Counted from the first letter of the stretch, positions 47,413 through 57,666 are shown. The stretch: DNA of 64,000 nucleotides from an uncultured delta proteobacterium (GCA_963828255.1 CAWHDZ010000003.1:160001-224000), one strand, 5' to 3'. Made by a program: numbers and translations. Notes: generated by a model from the sequence alone, not told the origin.

Positions 47413-48914
47413 ATGAAGCCTGACCCGGACCTGGCCTCCCTGCTCGCCGCCTGGCGCGACACGCCCGCCGGGGACGACGATCTGAGGGGGCGGATCGGTG
47501 CGACCGTCGCCGCGCTGAAGAACCTCCGCCGCGACAGGCCCGAGCTCTTCTCCTCCGAGGCCGCCCGGCTGGTGCGCCCGGCGCCGGACGTCGCCGCGCA
47601 GCGTGGGGCGCAGGCGCCACGAGCGCCTCGGCCACCCGTTCAGGCGGACCCCACCCAGGTCCTCCGCGACGTCTTCGGCTTCCCCTCCTTCCGCCCCGGC
47701 CAGCGCGAGCTCGTGGACGCCGTCCTCTCCGGCCGCGATGCCCTCGGCGTCCTCCCCACCGGTTCGGGCAAGTCACTCACCTACCAGCTGCCTGCCCGGA
47801 TGCTGGGAGGCGTCACCCTGGTGGTCTCCCCGCTCATCGCCCTCATGAAGGACCAGGTCGAGGCCATGGGGAGGGTGGGCCTTCGCGCCACCTTTCTCAA
47901 CTCCGCCCTCGACGCCGAGGAGCGGCGCAGCCGGGTGGCCGCGGTTCGCCGCGGGGAGTACGAGCTGGTCTACGCGGCGCCCGAGGGGCTCGAGGGTGCG
48001 GCCGGCGCCGCGCTCGCCGGCGCGCGCCTCTCGCTCGTCGCCGTGGACGAGGCCCACTGCATCAGCCACTGGGGGCACGACTTCCGCCCCGCCTACCGGA
48101 ACCTGGCCGGGTTGCGGGCCCGCTTCGGCGGTGCTCCGGTCCTGGCGCTCACCGCCACGGCCACGCCGAAGGTGGCCACCGACATCGCCGAGCAGCTGGG
48201 CATGCGCGCGCCGGCCCTCTTCCGCGGATCGGTCTTCCGCCCCAACCTCCAGCTCCACGTGGTGAAGAAGGGGGGGAAGGGCCGGGATCGCGGGACGAGA
48301 TCCTGGACCGGGTCCGCGCCCGCCGCGGGCAGAGCGGCATCGTCTACTGCATCGCCCGCAGGTCGGCCGAGTCGGTCGCCGACTTCCTCCGTTCACGGAA
48401 GGTGAAGGCGATGGCCTACCACGCCGGCCTCGAGGCCGGCGAGCGGGAGCGGGTCCAGGACGCCTTCCTGGGCGGGCAGGCCGACGTGGTGGTCGCCACC
48501 GTGGCCTTCGGGATGGGCATCGACAAGCCGGACATCCGCTACGTGATCCACCGCGACATGCCCGGTTCGGTCGAGGGGTACTGCCAGGAGATCGGCCGCG
48601 CCGGCCGCGACGGGGAGCCCTCCGACTGCGTGCTCCTCTACTCCTGGGCCGACGTGATGGCACACGACCGGCTGGCCGAGGGCACCGACGACGCCGCCAC
48701 GTCCCGTCTCCAGCGGCAGAAGGCGCGGGCCATGTTCGAGTGGGCCGAGGCGAGCGGCTGCCGTCACCGGCTCCTGGGGCGCCACTTCGGCGAGGAGCTC
48801 CCTCCCTGCGGTTCGAGCTGCGACGCCTGCGCCCCTGCCAGGGCGGTGGCGACCCGCGCGGGGACGGTTCGCCGGGCGGCGGTCTCGCGCCGCACGCGTG
48901 GATGGCCACGCTGA
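47413..48914 (+). CDS. recQ: RecQ-family ATP-dependent DNA helicase, frameshifted at G7 run 48270-48276
   Basis: LPTGSGKS, VSPLIALMKDQV, VDEAHCISHWGHDFRP, ALTATA, then GIVYC, ATVAFGMGIDKPD, QEIGRAGRDG, Zn-binding CRH...CDAC. Confidence 0.88.
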
Positions 48915-48940
48915 TTCCCGGTTCGGTTAGCATGCCCCCG

Positions 48941-51472
48941 ATGACGTCCCGCTCCCGAGCCCTCGCATCGGCGGCCCTCTCGACGGCCGCCCTCCTCCTC
49001 TGCGCCGGCCCTGCCCACGCCGCCGGCCCCCTGGATTTGTTCGCGCCCCCCGTCTCGGACGCGAAGCCCGTGGCGAAGCGGGACGCGCCGCCCTCCCCGG
49101 AGGCAATCCCGCTGCCCGGGATCGTTCCGGCCGCGGTGGAGGCCTACCGGAACCTGGCCGCCATCCGGGCGAGGACCGATCCGGGACGATCCCTCGACCA
49201 GATGCTCGCCCCCCTCGACGAGCTCGGGAAGGCAGTCGAGCAGGCCGGGAAGCTCTTGACGGACCAGCCGATCAACGCGGTCTCCGACCGCGACCTGGTG
49301 GACTTCCGGCAGGACATGCTCCGGCAGGACGCGCTGCTCGGGAGGTGGAGCTCGAAGCTCGAGGAGGCCGTCCGCACGACGTACGGCTCACTGAAGGAGC
49401 TCGAGCGGATGGAGGCGGTCTGGACGCTCACCGAGCAGAGGGCCGCGGCCGAGGGGGCGGCCCCCGCGATCCTGGCGCGCGCACAGTCGGTGCGCGGGGA
49501 GATCCACGACCTCGGGAAGAGCGTCCGTGCGCGGCTCGACCGGTTGCTCGCCGCGCAGGATCGCGTGGCCAGCCTGCGCATCCGGATCCTGGCCTGGATG
49601 GAGGCCGCCGATCGGGCCGACGCGGTGCGGGACCTGCAGCTCTTCGAGATCGAGGCCCGGCCCATCTGGGAGGTCCTCTCGCGAAAGGAGCCGTTCCGCG
49701 ACTTCGGCGACCAGCTCCGCCGGGTCTTCCAGCACAACGTCTCGACCCTGTCGGCCTTCGTGCGCGAGGAGGGGTTCGGCTTCCTCTGGGTCCTGGCCGC
49801 CTTCGTGATCGTGGCGGCCTCCATCGCCTGGACGGGGAGGCACTTCGCCGCCCGCGCCGCCGCCGACCCCGAGCTCTCCGTGCCGGCCGAGGCGGTCGCG
49901 CACCCCGTCGCCGCAGGGATCCTCGTCGCGCTCAGCCTCACCTCCTGGTTCCTTCCGATGGCGCCCGCGGTCTTCACCGAGCTGTCGATCCTGGTCGCGC
50001 TGCCCTCGCTCCTCCTGCTCGCCGGCAAGGTGCTCCCCGCGGCGATGCGAGCCCCGCTCTACGGCTTCACGGCGCTCTTCGGCGTCACCAGGCTCGCCGC
50101 CGTCCTCCCCGAATCCTCGCTGGCGGGGCGGCTCCTCATCCTCCTCGTCGCGATCGTCGCCATCGTCGCCACGATCCGGTTGCTCCGGAGGGACGCGCCC
50201 TGGACCCAGGCGATCGCGCGCCCCAACCGGAGGGCGCAGGTCCGGATCGCCCTGTGGGTGATCGGCGCCCTGCTCGCGGTCTCCCTGGTCGCAAACGTGG
50301 TCGGGAACGTGAGCCTGGGGCGAAGGCTCGCCGACGGAGCCCTTTCCTCCGGGATGCTGGCGCTCGTCCTCGCGGCGGTCGCCCGGGTGCTCCGCGGGCT
50401 GTTCGTGGGCGCCCTGCGCATGCCGGAGGTCCATAGATTTCCGGCGGTGGCCGGGAACGCCGCCCTCATCGCCGAGCGGGGCTCGGTGCTCCTCGAGTGG
50501 GCCGGCCTGCTGCTCTGGATCGGCGGCACCCTCCGGGTGTTCTACGTGGACACCGCGGTGGTGGAGTGGATTCGCTCCGTACTCACCGCCCGTCTCCGGT
50601 TCGGCGGGCTCGACCTCTCCCTGAGCGACCTGGCCGCCTTCGGGATCACCCTCTGGCTCGCGGTACTGCTGGCCCGCCTGCTCCGCGTCCTGCTGGAGGC
50701 CTGGCTGGACCGGGACGGGAAACTTCCCGCCGGGGTCCCGGTCGCCATCTCCAAGACGGTGGGCTACCTCGTGGTCGGGTTCGGGTTCCTGATGGCCATC
50801 CTCGCCTCGGGCATGGACGTCACCCGCTTCACCGTGATCCTGGGCACGCTCTCGGTCGGCATCGGCTTCGGCCTGCAGAACGTGGTGAACAACTTCGTCT
50901 CCGGGCTCATCCTGCTCTACGAACGCCCCATCCGCGTGGGGGACGTCATCGAGGTGGGGACGTCCACCGGCACGGTGACCCACATCGGGATCCGCTCCAG
51001 CACCATCAAGACCTTCCAGGGCGCCGAGGTGGTGCTGCCCAACTCCAACCTGGTCTCGAACCAGCTCACCAACTGGACCCTCTCCGACCAGGTCCGGCGC
51101 GTGGACATCGACGTCGGGGTGGCCTACGGCAGCGACGTCGTGAAGGTACAGGAGGTCCTGCTCCTCGCCGCTCGGGCCAACGTGGACGTGCTGTCCGACC
51201 CCGCACCGGTGGCCCTCTTCACCGGGCTGGGGGACAGCGCCCTCACCTTCCAGCTCCGGTTCTTCACCTCCCGGTTCGACCGTTACCTGGCCATCGCCGG
51301 CGAGGTCCGGCAGGCGGTGGTCGAGAAGCTCGACGCGGCCGGGATCGCCATCCCGTTCCCCCAGCGTGACGTGCGCGTGATCTCGGTGGAGGGCGCGGCG
51401 GCCCGGGCGCTGCGCGGCGGAGCGCCGGACGCGAAGGAGCCGGACGCGGAAACGCCGGCGGGCGGGAAGTAG
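48941..51472 (+). CDS. Large MscS-family (MscK-like) mechanosensitive channel
   Basis: Signal peptide, coiled coil, multi-TM, GIGFGLQNVVNNFVSGLILLYERPIRVGD, IPFPQRD. Confidence 0.92.
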   Translation: MTSRSRALASAALSTAALLLCAGPAHAAGPLDLFAPPVSDAKPVAKRDAPPSPEAIPLPGIVPAAVEAYRNLAAIRARTDPGRSLDQMLAPLDELGKAVEQAGKLLTDQPINAVSDRDLVDFRQDMLRQDALLGRWSSKLEEAVRTTYGSLKELERMEAVWTLTEQRAAAEGAAPAILARAQSVRGEIHDLGKSVRARLDRLLAAQDRVASLRIRILAWMEAADRADAVRDLQLFEIEARPIWEVLSRKEPFRDFGDQLRRVFQHNVSTLSAFVREEGFGFLWVLAAFVIVAASIAWTGRHFAARAAADPELSVPAEAVAHPVAAGILVALSLTSWFLPMAPAVFTELSILVALPSLLLLAGKVLPAAMRAPLYGFTALFGVTRLAAVLPESSLAGRLLILLVAIVAIVATIRLLRRDAPWTQAIARPNRRAQVRIALWVIGALLAVSLVANVVGNVSLGRRLADGALSSGMLALVLAAVARVLRGLFVGALRMPEVHRFPAVAGNAALIAERGSVLLEWAGLLLWIGGTLRVFYVDTAVVEWIRSVLTARLRFGGLDLSLSDLAAFGITLWLAVLLARLLRVLLEAWLDRDGKLPAGVPVAISKTVGYLVVGFGFLMAILASGMDVTRFTVILGTLSVGIGFGLQNVVNNFVSGLILLYERPIRVGDVIEVGTSTGTVTHIGIRSSTIKTFQGAEVVLPNSNLVSNQLTNWTLSDQVRRVDIDVGVAYGSDVVKVQEVLLLAARANVDVLSDPAPVALFTGLGDSALTFQLRFFTSRFDRYLAIAGEVRQAVVEKLDAAGIAIPFPQRDVRVISVEGAAARALRGGAPDAKEPDAETPAGGK

Positions 51473-51475
51473 CGC

Positions 51476-51892
51476 CTACCGCAGCCCCTCGCCGGTGGTG
51501 GCCGGCACGACCTTGCCGTACTTCACGCCCTTGGTGGAGACGAGCCCGTCCCCCATGGCCGAGATGTCGCGCCCGCGCCCGCGCAGGACCAGAACCTCGA
51601 GGCAGTTGTGGGGGTCGAGGTGGACGTGGAGCGCCGAGACCACGGCCCGGTGGTTCTCGTGCTGGATGTGGGCGAGCTTCTGGGCCAGGCTCGCCGAGTC
51701 GTGGTCGTAGACCAGGGTCACCACGGCGACCTTCTCCTCCTTGTCCCGCGAGGCCCACTCGCGCTGGACCAGCGAGTCGCGGATGAGGTCCCGGACCGCC
51801 TCCGACCGGTTCACGTAGCCCTTCTCGGCGATGAGCCGGTCGAACTGCGCCAGGAGGTCCTCCTCCAGAGAGATCCCGATGCGCTCGAGCAT
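51476..51892 (-). CDS. nikR: Nickel-responsive transcriptional regulator
   Basis: RIGISL, NRSEAVRDLIR ribbon-helix-helix; YDHD, QH, HVHLDPHNCLE. Confidence 0.95.
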   Translation of the reverse strand: MLERIGISLEEDLLAQFDRLIAEKGYVNRSEAVRDLIRDSLVQREWASRDKEEKVAVVTLVYDHDSASLAQKLAHIQHENHRAVVSALHVHLDPHNCLEVLVLRGRGRDISAMGDGLVSTKGVKYGKVVPATTGEGLR

Positions 51893-51943
51893 GCGTGAAC
51901 ACTACCCGCCCCGCCGGCCGAAATGCTACGAATCTGCGGACCG

Positions 51944-54274
51944 ATGGACCGACATCCCTTCCTGGAGCGCGTCTTCCGCCGCATCGTGGCGCTGCGCCTC
52001 CCCATCCTGGCCGCCTACGCGGTCCTCCTTCCGTTGGCCATCGCGCTCTCGCTTCGCATCCCGTCGGAGGGGGCCATCGACCGGCTCATCGTCCCCTCCG
52101 ACCCCGACTTCGTGGCCACGCGGGCCTTCCAGAAGGTCTTCCCGGAGGGGCAGGTGGTGCTCCTCCTGCTCGAGTCCGACGACCCCTGGAGCCCCGACGT
52201 CCTGAAGCAGGTCACCGCCCTCGAGGAGCGGCTCGGGAAGATCCCCGGGGTACACCCCGTCTCGGCCCTCGACATCTTCCGCAGGGTCCAGCCCGGGTTC
52301 CAGCCCGACGCCGCCTCGGCCGCCGCCTACCGGAAGTTCGCCACCGGAACCGACATCCTGCGGCGCCAGGGGCTCGTGGGGGAGCGGTTCCAGGGGGTGG
52401 TGGCCGGCTTCGGCGGGGCCATGAAGGAGCGGGCCGCCACGCTCGCCGCCATCGAGGAGGCGGTCGGCCAGACCGGACCAGGGGTGAAGACCATCCGCAA
52501 GGTGGGCGCACCCTTCGTGGAGTCCTGGATCGAGCACGAGTCGGGGGCGGCCTCGGCCCGCTACTTCCCGCTCTTCGGCATCTTCGTCGTGATCATCGCG
52601 CTCTTCCTCTACCGCTCCTGGCGGACGCTGCTGGCCGTCCTGCTCTCGCTGGGCACCGCGGTGGCCATGGGGGTGGGGGCGGGAGCGCTGCTGGGCTTCT
52701 CCTTCACGGTGGTGTCGTCGCTCGTTCCACTCACCGTGATGGTGACGACGCTGGCCACGCTGGTGTACCTCCAGTCCCGCTTCGTGGACCAGCCCGAGGG
52801 GACCGGGGTGGACGGACACCAGGTCTTCTCCCTCGCCAACAAGTTCCTCCCGGTCACGGCCTCCACGGTCGCGGCGGTGCTGGGCTTCGGCGCGCTCGCC
52901 GTGTCGAGGATCCTCCCCGTCCGGGAGATGGGTGTCTGGACCGCGGTGGGCCTGGCCCTGGGCTGGATCGTCGCCTTCACGCTCTTCCCGGCGCTGCAGA
53001 AGGTGCTGCGCACCCCCACCGGCCGGACGGTGGCCGTGCGGACCCGCTTCTACGACCGGCTGGCCGAGGTGATCCCGGGCTTCACCTGGCGCTTCCGCTG
53101 GGCGCTCGTGCTCGGGTCGCTGGTGGTCTCGGCGGCCGGGGCGGTGGGGCTCTTCGGGCTGCCCGGCGTGGTGCCGCCCATGCGGGTGGGCGTGGACTCG
53201 CTCGACTACGTGGATCCCGGCCTCGACATCCACCGGGACATGGTCTGGTTCCGCAAGAACGTGGCGGGGCTCAACGTGGCCCGGGTCTGGATCCGCACCC
53301 CGCCCGGCGGCGCGGTCGATCCGGAGTTCCTCCGCGGCGTGGACCGCTTCGCCACCGCCGTGGAGGCGATCCCCCGGGTCTCGGGCGCGGTCGGCCCCAC
53401 CACCTTCCTCCGGATGCGGCGCTACATGGCCGGGCAGGGCGACCGGATCCCCCAGGACCGCGCGTCCTTCGAGGCGGCCGCCGCCGACGTGGAGCAGCTC
53501 TTGCTCACCGAGGCCGAGCTGCGCGCCTTCCTCGACGTGGGCACCCTCGGAAACGCCCAGCTCACCGTGATCTTCGAGGGGGTCGAGGAGAAGGAGTTCC
53601 ACGAGCTCATCGCGAAGCTGCGTCAGGCCTGGGACGAGGCGACCAGGGACGACCCGGCCTTCCGCGGGGTGGAGATGCAGGTGGTTGGGGAGTCATTGTT
53701 ACAGTCCAAGGTGGGGGCGAGCCTGGTGCCCACGCTCACCGAGAGCTTCGCGCTCACCGCCGGGCTCATCTTCATGGCCTTCCTCTTCGTCTTCCGCAGC
53801 CCCTCGGCGCGGCTCATGGCCATGATCCCGTCGGTCTTCGCCATCCTGGCCACGTTCCTGGGGATGAGCCTGCTCGGGGCCTCGCTCAACGTGGCCACCA
53901 TCCTCATCGCCACGACCGTGCTGGGCACCACCGAGAACGACCAGATCCACTTCTTCTACCACCTGCAGGAGGGGCGGCAGGAGGGTCGGAACTTCGAGCA
54001 GTCGCTTCGCTACACGCTGCGTGTATCGGGGCGCGCCATCGTCTTCGCCACGCTCATCAACGCGGCCGGATTCCTGGCCCTCTCGGTCTCCAACTTCCCG
54101 CCGCTTCGCCAGTTCGGGGTCATCACCGCGTCGGCGTTCCTGCTCGCGATGGTGGCCGACTTCACGGCCCTCCCGGCCGCGCTTTGGCTCATCTCCGGGG
54201 AGAGGCCCGCCGGGGCAGCGGAAGGAATGCGGGGATCTGCTTCATCCGACCCGCCCACTCCGGGTGGTTCATGA
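51944..54274 (+). CDS. MMPL/RND-family membrane transporter
   Basis: Two repeats of TM1, periplasmic loop and five TMs; TASTVAAVLGFGAL, ATLINAAGFLAL, PPLRQFG. Confidence 0.85.
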   Translation: MDRHPFLERVFRRIVALRLPILAAYAVLLPLAIALSLRIPSEGAIDRLIVPSDPDFVATRAFQKVFPEGQVVLLLLESDDPWSPDVLKQVTALEERLGKIPGVHPVSALDIFRRVQPGFQPDAASAAAYRKFATGTDILRRQGLVGERFQGVVAGFGGAMKERAATLAAIEEAVGQTGPGVKTIRKVGAPFVESWIEHESGAASARYFPLFGIFVVIIALFLYRSWRTLLAVLLSLGTAVAMGVGAGALLGFSFTVVSSLVPLTVMVTTLATLVYLQSRFVDQPEGTGVDGHQVFSLANKFLPVTASTVAAVLGFGALAVSRILPVREMGVWTAVGLALGWIVAFTLFPALQKVLRTPTGRTVAVRTRFYDRLAEVIPGFTWRFRWALVLGSLVVSAAGAVGLFGLPGVVPPMRVGVDSLDYVDPGLDIHRDMVWFRKNVAGLNVARVWIRTPPGGAVDPEFLRGVDRFATAVEAIPRVSGAVGPTTFLRMRRYMAGQGDRIPQDRASFEAAAADVEQLLLTEAELRAFLDVGTLGNAQLTVIFEGVEEKEFHELIAKLRQAWDEATRDDPAFRGVEMQVVGESLLQSKVGASLVPTLTESFALTAGLIFMAFLFVFRSPSARLMAMIPSVFAILATFLGMSLLGASLNVATILIATTVLGTTENDQIHFFYHLQEGRQEGRNFEQSLRYTLRVSGRAIVFATLINAAGFLALSVSNFPPLRQFGVITASAFLLAMVADFTALPAALWLISGERPAGAAEGMRGSASSDPPTPGGS

Positions 54275-55112
54275 GCATGCGCCGGTCCTTCATGGGGACG
54301 GAGATGAAGACGAAGAGCAGCGTGATGGACAGTGGCCCCACCAGGGTCCACCAGCCGGGCCGGGCCGCGAAGCCGAGGATCCAGAGCCCCCACCAGAATC
54401 CCATCTCGCCCAGGTAGTTGGGGTGGCGGCACCAGGCCCAGAGCCCGGTGTCGAGCATGGCGCCCCGCTCCCGGGGCGACGCCATGAAGCGGCGCAGCTG
54501 CAAATCCGACACCGCCTCGAGCACGATGGCGCCCGTGGTCACCGCGAACCCCAGCGCGTCGAGCCAGCCGAGCGGGCGCCCGGGGCCGGAGAGCGCCGGC
54601 CAGGCGGCCAGGAGCCCCAGGAACACCCAGCCGGTGGGGAAGAGGTGGAGCCCCACGAAGCTCGCCGGCCAGTAGAACCTCCCGGCCTTCCGCCGGATGT
54701 CCACGTACCGGTAGTCCTCGTCGCCGAGCCCGTGCCAGCGCGCCAGCTGGTTCGCGGTGAGGCGCAGGCCCCAGGCGACGACCAGGATCACCACCAGCGA
54801 CTGGCGCAGCGCAACGGCCTCGGCCCCGCCCGGCGCCATCGCCCAGTAGAGGGCGATGGGGATGGGGGCCAGGCTCCAGTAGGGGTCGTACATGCTGGAG
54901 TTGTCGAGGGCCAGGCTGAAGCAGAAGATCACCGCGGTCGCCGCCAGGTCGGCGGCGAGCGCCACCCAGAGGGGGTCACGTCCCGGGAGGGCCATGACCG
55001 TGAGCGCGGCGCCGGTCAGGGCGGCGAGGTAGGCAGCCGCGAGCCAAGCAAGGGAGCGTCCACGGGTATGGCGGGGGTCGCCCGCGGAGGGGATGTGAGC
55101 CGGATCGGACAT
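54189..55112 (-). CDS. DUF1295 / steroid-5-alpha-reductase-like membrane protein
   Basis: NSSMYDPYW, WGLRL, EDYRY, SDLQL, GLWAWCRHPNYLGE. Confidence 0.9.
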   Translation of the reverse strand: MSDPAHIPSAGDPRHTRGRSLAWLAAAYLAALTGAALTVMALPGRDPLWVALAADLAATAVIFCFSLALDNSSMYDPYWSLAPIPIALYWAMAPGGAEAVALRQSLVVILVVAWGLRLTANQLARWHGLGDEDYRYVDIRRKAGRFYWPASFVGLHLFPTGWVFLGLLAAWPALSGPGRPLGWLDALGFAVTTGAIVLEAVSDLQLRRFMASPRERGAMLDTGLWAWCRHPNYLGEMGFWWGLWILGFAARPGWWTLVGPLSITLLFVFISVPMKDRRMLMNHPEWAGRMKQIPAFLPLPRRASPRR

Positions 55113-55176
55113 CGCGTACAGTTAACAGACGGGTGGCCCGTTCGCAGTCACCTTCCCGGGCCGCCAGGGGGCCGCC

Positions 55177-55608
55177 ATGTCGATCGTCGATCTCGCCGCC
55201 ATTCCGCAGGTCGCACTCGCCTTCATCAACGACGATCACCGCGAGGAGGCCCGCCTCCTCAACGACCTCGCCGAGGCCGTGAAGGGGCACAAGGCGGGGA
55301 AGATCCCGGTCGAGACCGTGCTCCAGCGATTCGAGGCTCTCTTCGGCCACACCCAGGAGCACTTCGGCCGGGAGGAGGAGGCCATGCGCCAGGAAGGCTT
55401 CCCTCCGTACCCGGTGCACAAGGGGGAGCACGACCGGGTCATCGAGGAGATGGAGTCGGAGGAGATCCATTTCCGGGAGACCGGCGACACGGGACGGCTC
55501 TGGAGCTACGTGTCCGAGGGCGTCCCGGCATGGTTCATCGGCCACATCCAGTCCATGGACGCCATCACCGCGCAGTTCGTGAACATGAAGCGGGGCGGCC
55601 CGGGCTGA
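55177..55608 (+). CDS. Hemerythrin-like metal-binding protein
   Basis: DHREE, HFGREEEAM, HKGEH, HIQSMD. Confidence 0.9.
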   Translation: MSIVDLAAIPQVALAFINDDHREEARLLNDLAEAVKGHKAGKIPVETVLQRFEALFGHTQEHFGREEEAMRQEGFPPYPVHKGEHDRVIEEMESEEIHFRETGDTGRLWSYVSEGVPAWFIGHIQSMDAITAQFVNMKRGGPG

Positions 55609-55624
55609 GCGGCACGGGAGGGAG

Positions 55625-56062
55625 TCAGCGCGCCGCCCCGGCCCAGACCGGGGTGTTCCAGGCGTCGAGCCGCCAGCGCACGCCGACGTTGAGCTTGCCG
55701 AGCCCGCCGCTGCCGCTGCTGTCGAGCTGAGGAGGCTGGTAGTCGATCTGGACCCCGGACGTGTTGGCGGCCCGTGCGAGGCTCGAGACCACCCCGATGT
55801 CGAGCCGGTCGAGGGTCGCCAGCGCCAGCTCGGTCCGCTTGCCCCGGGTGTCGATGGGCTGCTCGCGACCCGGGATGGAGACGCGGGGCTGGCAGTACTC
55901 GGCGCGGCAGGCCGGGTTGTCGCCTGCGCTGCGGGTCTCGGCCCGGACCTGCGCGACCTCGGCGCTGGGAGCCTCGGGCTGGGCCCATCCAGGGATCTCC
56001 CCCGGGACATGGCCGAAGCCCGCTCCGATGACGACTTGCAGCGCCATTGCCGCGAGGAACAT
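55625..56062 (-). CDS. Hypothetical protein
   Basis: Fills gap; hydrophobic N-terminus; TACCAT -10-like element 5 nt before ATG. Confidence 0.5.
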   Translation of the reverse strand: MFLAAMALQVVIGAGFGHVPGEIPGWAQPEAPSAEVAQVRAETRSAGDNPACRAEYCQPRVSIPGREQPIDTRGKRTELALATLDRLDIGVVSSLARAANTSGVQIDYQPPQLDSSGSGGLGKLNVGVRWRLDAWNTPVWAGAAR

Positions 56063-56144
56063 GCCTCATGGTAGGCGCGTTCCGATATCGACGGGGATGA
56101 CCTTGGCGGGTCTCTCGGGTCTGCGGGCAAGCCCTCATACGAAG

Positions 56145-56175
56145 GAGGGCCCGGTCCAGGTCGGACCGGGCCCTC
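56145..56175 (-). terminator. GC-rich hairpin downstream of tRNA-Ala
   Basis: GAGGGCCCGGTCC-AGGTC-GGACCGGGCCCTC, 13-bp perfect stem; weak U-tract. Confidence 0.6.
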
Positions 56176-56179
56176 GAGA

Positions 56180-56255
<76 letters not shown>

Positions 56256-56291
56256 GTACGCGCACGCCTCCCACGACAGGGGAGGGGGCCT

Positions 56292-56320
56292 TGTTTACGG
56301 GCAGGGGCGACGGGTGTCAA
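56292..56320 (-). promoter_or_regulatory. sigma70 promoter of tRNA-Ala
   Basis: TTGACA-N17-TAAACA on minus strand. Confidence 0.6.
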
Positions 56321-56748
56321 GAGACGATCGGAGCCACCCAGTAGAGCATCACGTACACCAGGACACCGGTCACCGAGACGTAGAGCCAGGCCGGAATCGC
56401 GAAGCGGGCAACGCGCCGGTGGGCGTCGAACCGCCCCTTCCAGGCGAAGTACACGGCGAAGCCGATGAGGGGCACGATGGCGGCCGCCAGGATGGTATGG
56501 CTGCCGAGGAGAAGCAGGTAGGCGGAGCGGAGCGGCCCGGTGCCCGGGAAGCGGTGGGTGCCGGTGAGGGCGACCCGTGTGAGGTAACCCATCAGGAAGA
56601 GGGCGGACACGCAGAGCGCCGAGATCATGAGGGCGCGGTGCCGCTCCCTGTCGCCCGCGCGGATGGCCCGCCAGCCCAGGGCGATCAGCACCGCGCTGGT
56701 GGCGTTCAACGATGCGTTGATCGGGGGGAGGATCTCTCCGAGGCCCAT
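56317..56748 (-). CDS. DUF420 family membrane protein
   Basis: LPPINASLN, HRALM, FLMGY, SHTILA, HRRVAR...WLYVSVTGVLVY. Confidence 0.9.
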   Translation of the reverse strand: MGLGEILPPINASLNATSAVLIALGWRAIRAGDRERHRALMISALCVSALFLMGYLTRVALTGTHRFPGTGPLRSAYLLLLGSHTILAAAIVPLIGFAVYFAWKGRFDAHRRVARFAIPAWLYVSVTGVLVYVMLYWVAPIVS

Positions 56749-56751
56749 CGA

Positions 56752-57663
56752 CTACCTCGCGCCCAGGAAGAGCGCGATGAAGACGGCCACCAGGTAGAGC
56801 AGGGTGGAGAGGAAGAAGCTCCGGGCCCAGCGGGATTCGCCGTCGGGGCGCCGCAGGCCGGTCGCGGCCGCCAGCGTGAGCCCCCCGCCCAGCAATGCCG
56901 CGAAGGCCCCGTAGCCCCAGGTGGCCATTCCCAGGAAGGCCGGCAGCATCCCCACCGGCACGAGCAGCGCGCTCGTCCCCACTGCCCAGGCCTTGGCGGT
57001 TCGCTCGCCGTGAACCAGCGCGAACACCTTGAGGCCGCCTCGCGCGTAGTCCTCCTTGAGGTAGATGGAGATGGCGAGGAAGTGGGGCAGTTGCCAGACG
57101 AACAGGATGGCGAAGAGGGCGAGCCCTCGGGCGTCGATGGAGCCGGTGGCGGCGGTCCAGCCCATGAGCGGGGGGATGGCGCCGGGGATGGCGCCGACGA
57201 AGAGCGCCGCGGTGGTCCAGCGCTTCATCGGGGTGTAGACGAAGGCGTAGCTGACCAGCGCCACGAGCGCGAGGAGCGCGGTGAGGGGATTGGCCGACAG
57301 GGCCAGCACCGGGATGGCGAAGACCGGCAATCCGATCCCGAGGGCGAGCGCGGTGGCTGGCTCGACGCGCCCGGCCGGGAGCGGGCGCCCCCAGGTCCGG
57401 CGCATGAGGCCGTCCACGTCCCGTTCCAGGTAGTTGTTGAGGACGTTGGCGGCGCCGACCACCATTCCGGTGCAGATCAGCGTGGCGGCCGCGCGTGGGG
57501 CCGAGGGCTGCTCCGGGGCGAGCCAGATCCCGGCGGCGGTGGTCGACACCACCATGCCCGAGAGGCGGGGCTTGGCGAGGGCCACGAGGTCGCCAAGGCC
57601 GCGCAGCGCCTGGACCGGGGAGATGGTGGGGCGCGTGGTCGCGCGGCTCTGGTTCGGGATCAC
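56752..57663 (-). CDS. ctaB: Protoheme IX farnesyltransferase (heme o synthase)
   Basis: AKPRL, ERDVDGLMRRT..RPLPAG, YTPMKR, GAIPGAIPPLMGW, WQLPHF. Confidence 0.95.
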   Translation of the reverse strand: MIPNQSRATTRPTISPVQALRGLGDLVALAKPRLSGMVVSTTAAGIWLAPEQPSAPRAAATLICTGMVVGAANVLNNYLERDVDGLMRRTWGRPLPAGRVEPATALALGIGLPVFAIPVLALSANPLTALLALVALVSYAFVYTPMKRWTTAALFVGAIPGAIPPLMGWTAATGSIDARGLALFAILFVWQLPHFLAISIYLKEDYARGGLKVFALVHGERTAKAWAVGTSALLVPVGMLPAFLGMATWGYGAFAALLGGGLTLAAATGLRRPDGESRWARSFFLSTLLYLVAVFIALFLGAR

Positions 57664-57666
57664 TTC

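Noticed and set aside
24638..48914. Calling the OppB-like, M28 peptidase and recQ genes pseudogenes or programmed frameshifts
   Set aside because: Each has a single one-base deletion in a C/G run with no other decay; sequencing error is the simplest explanation
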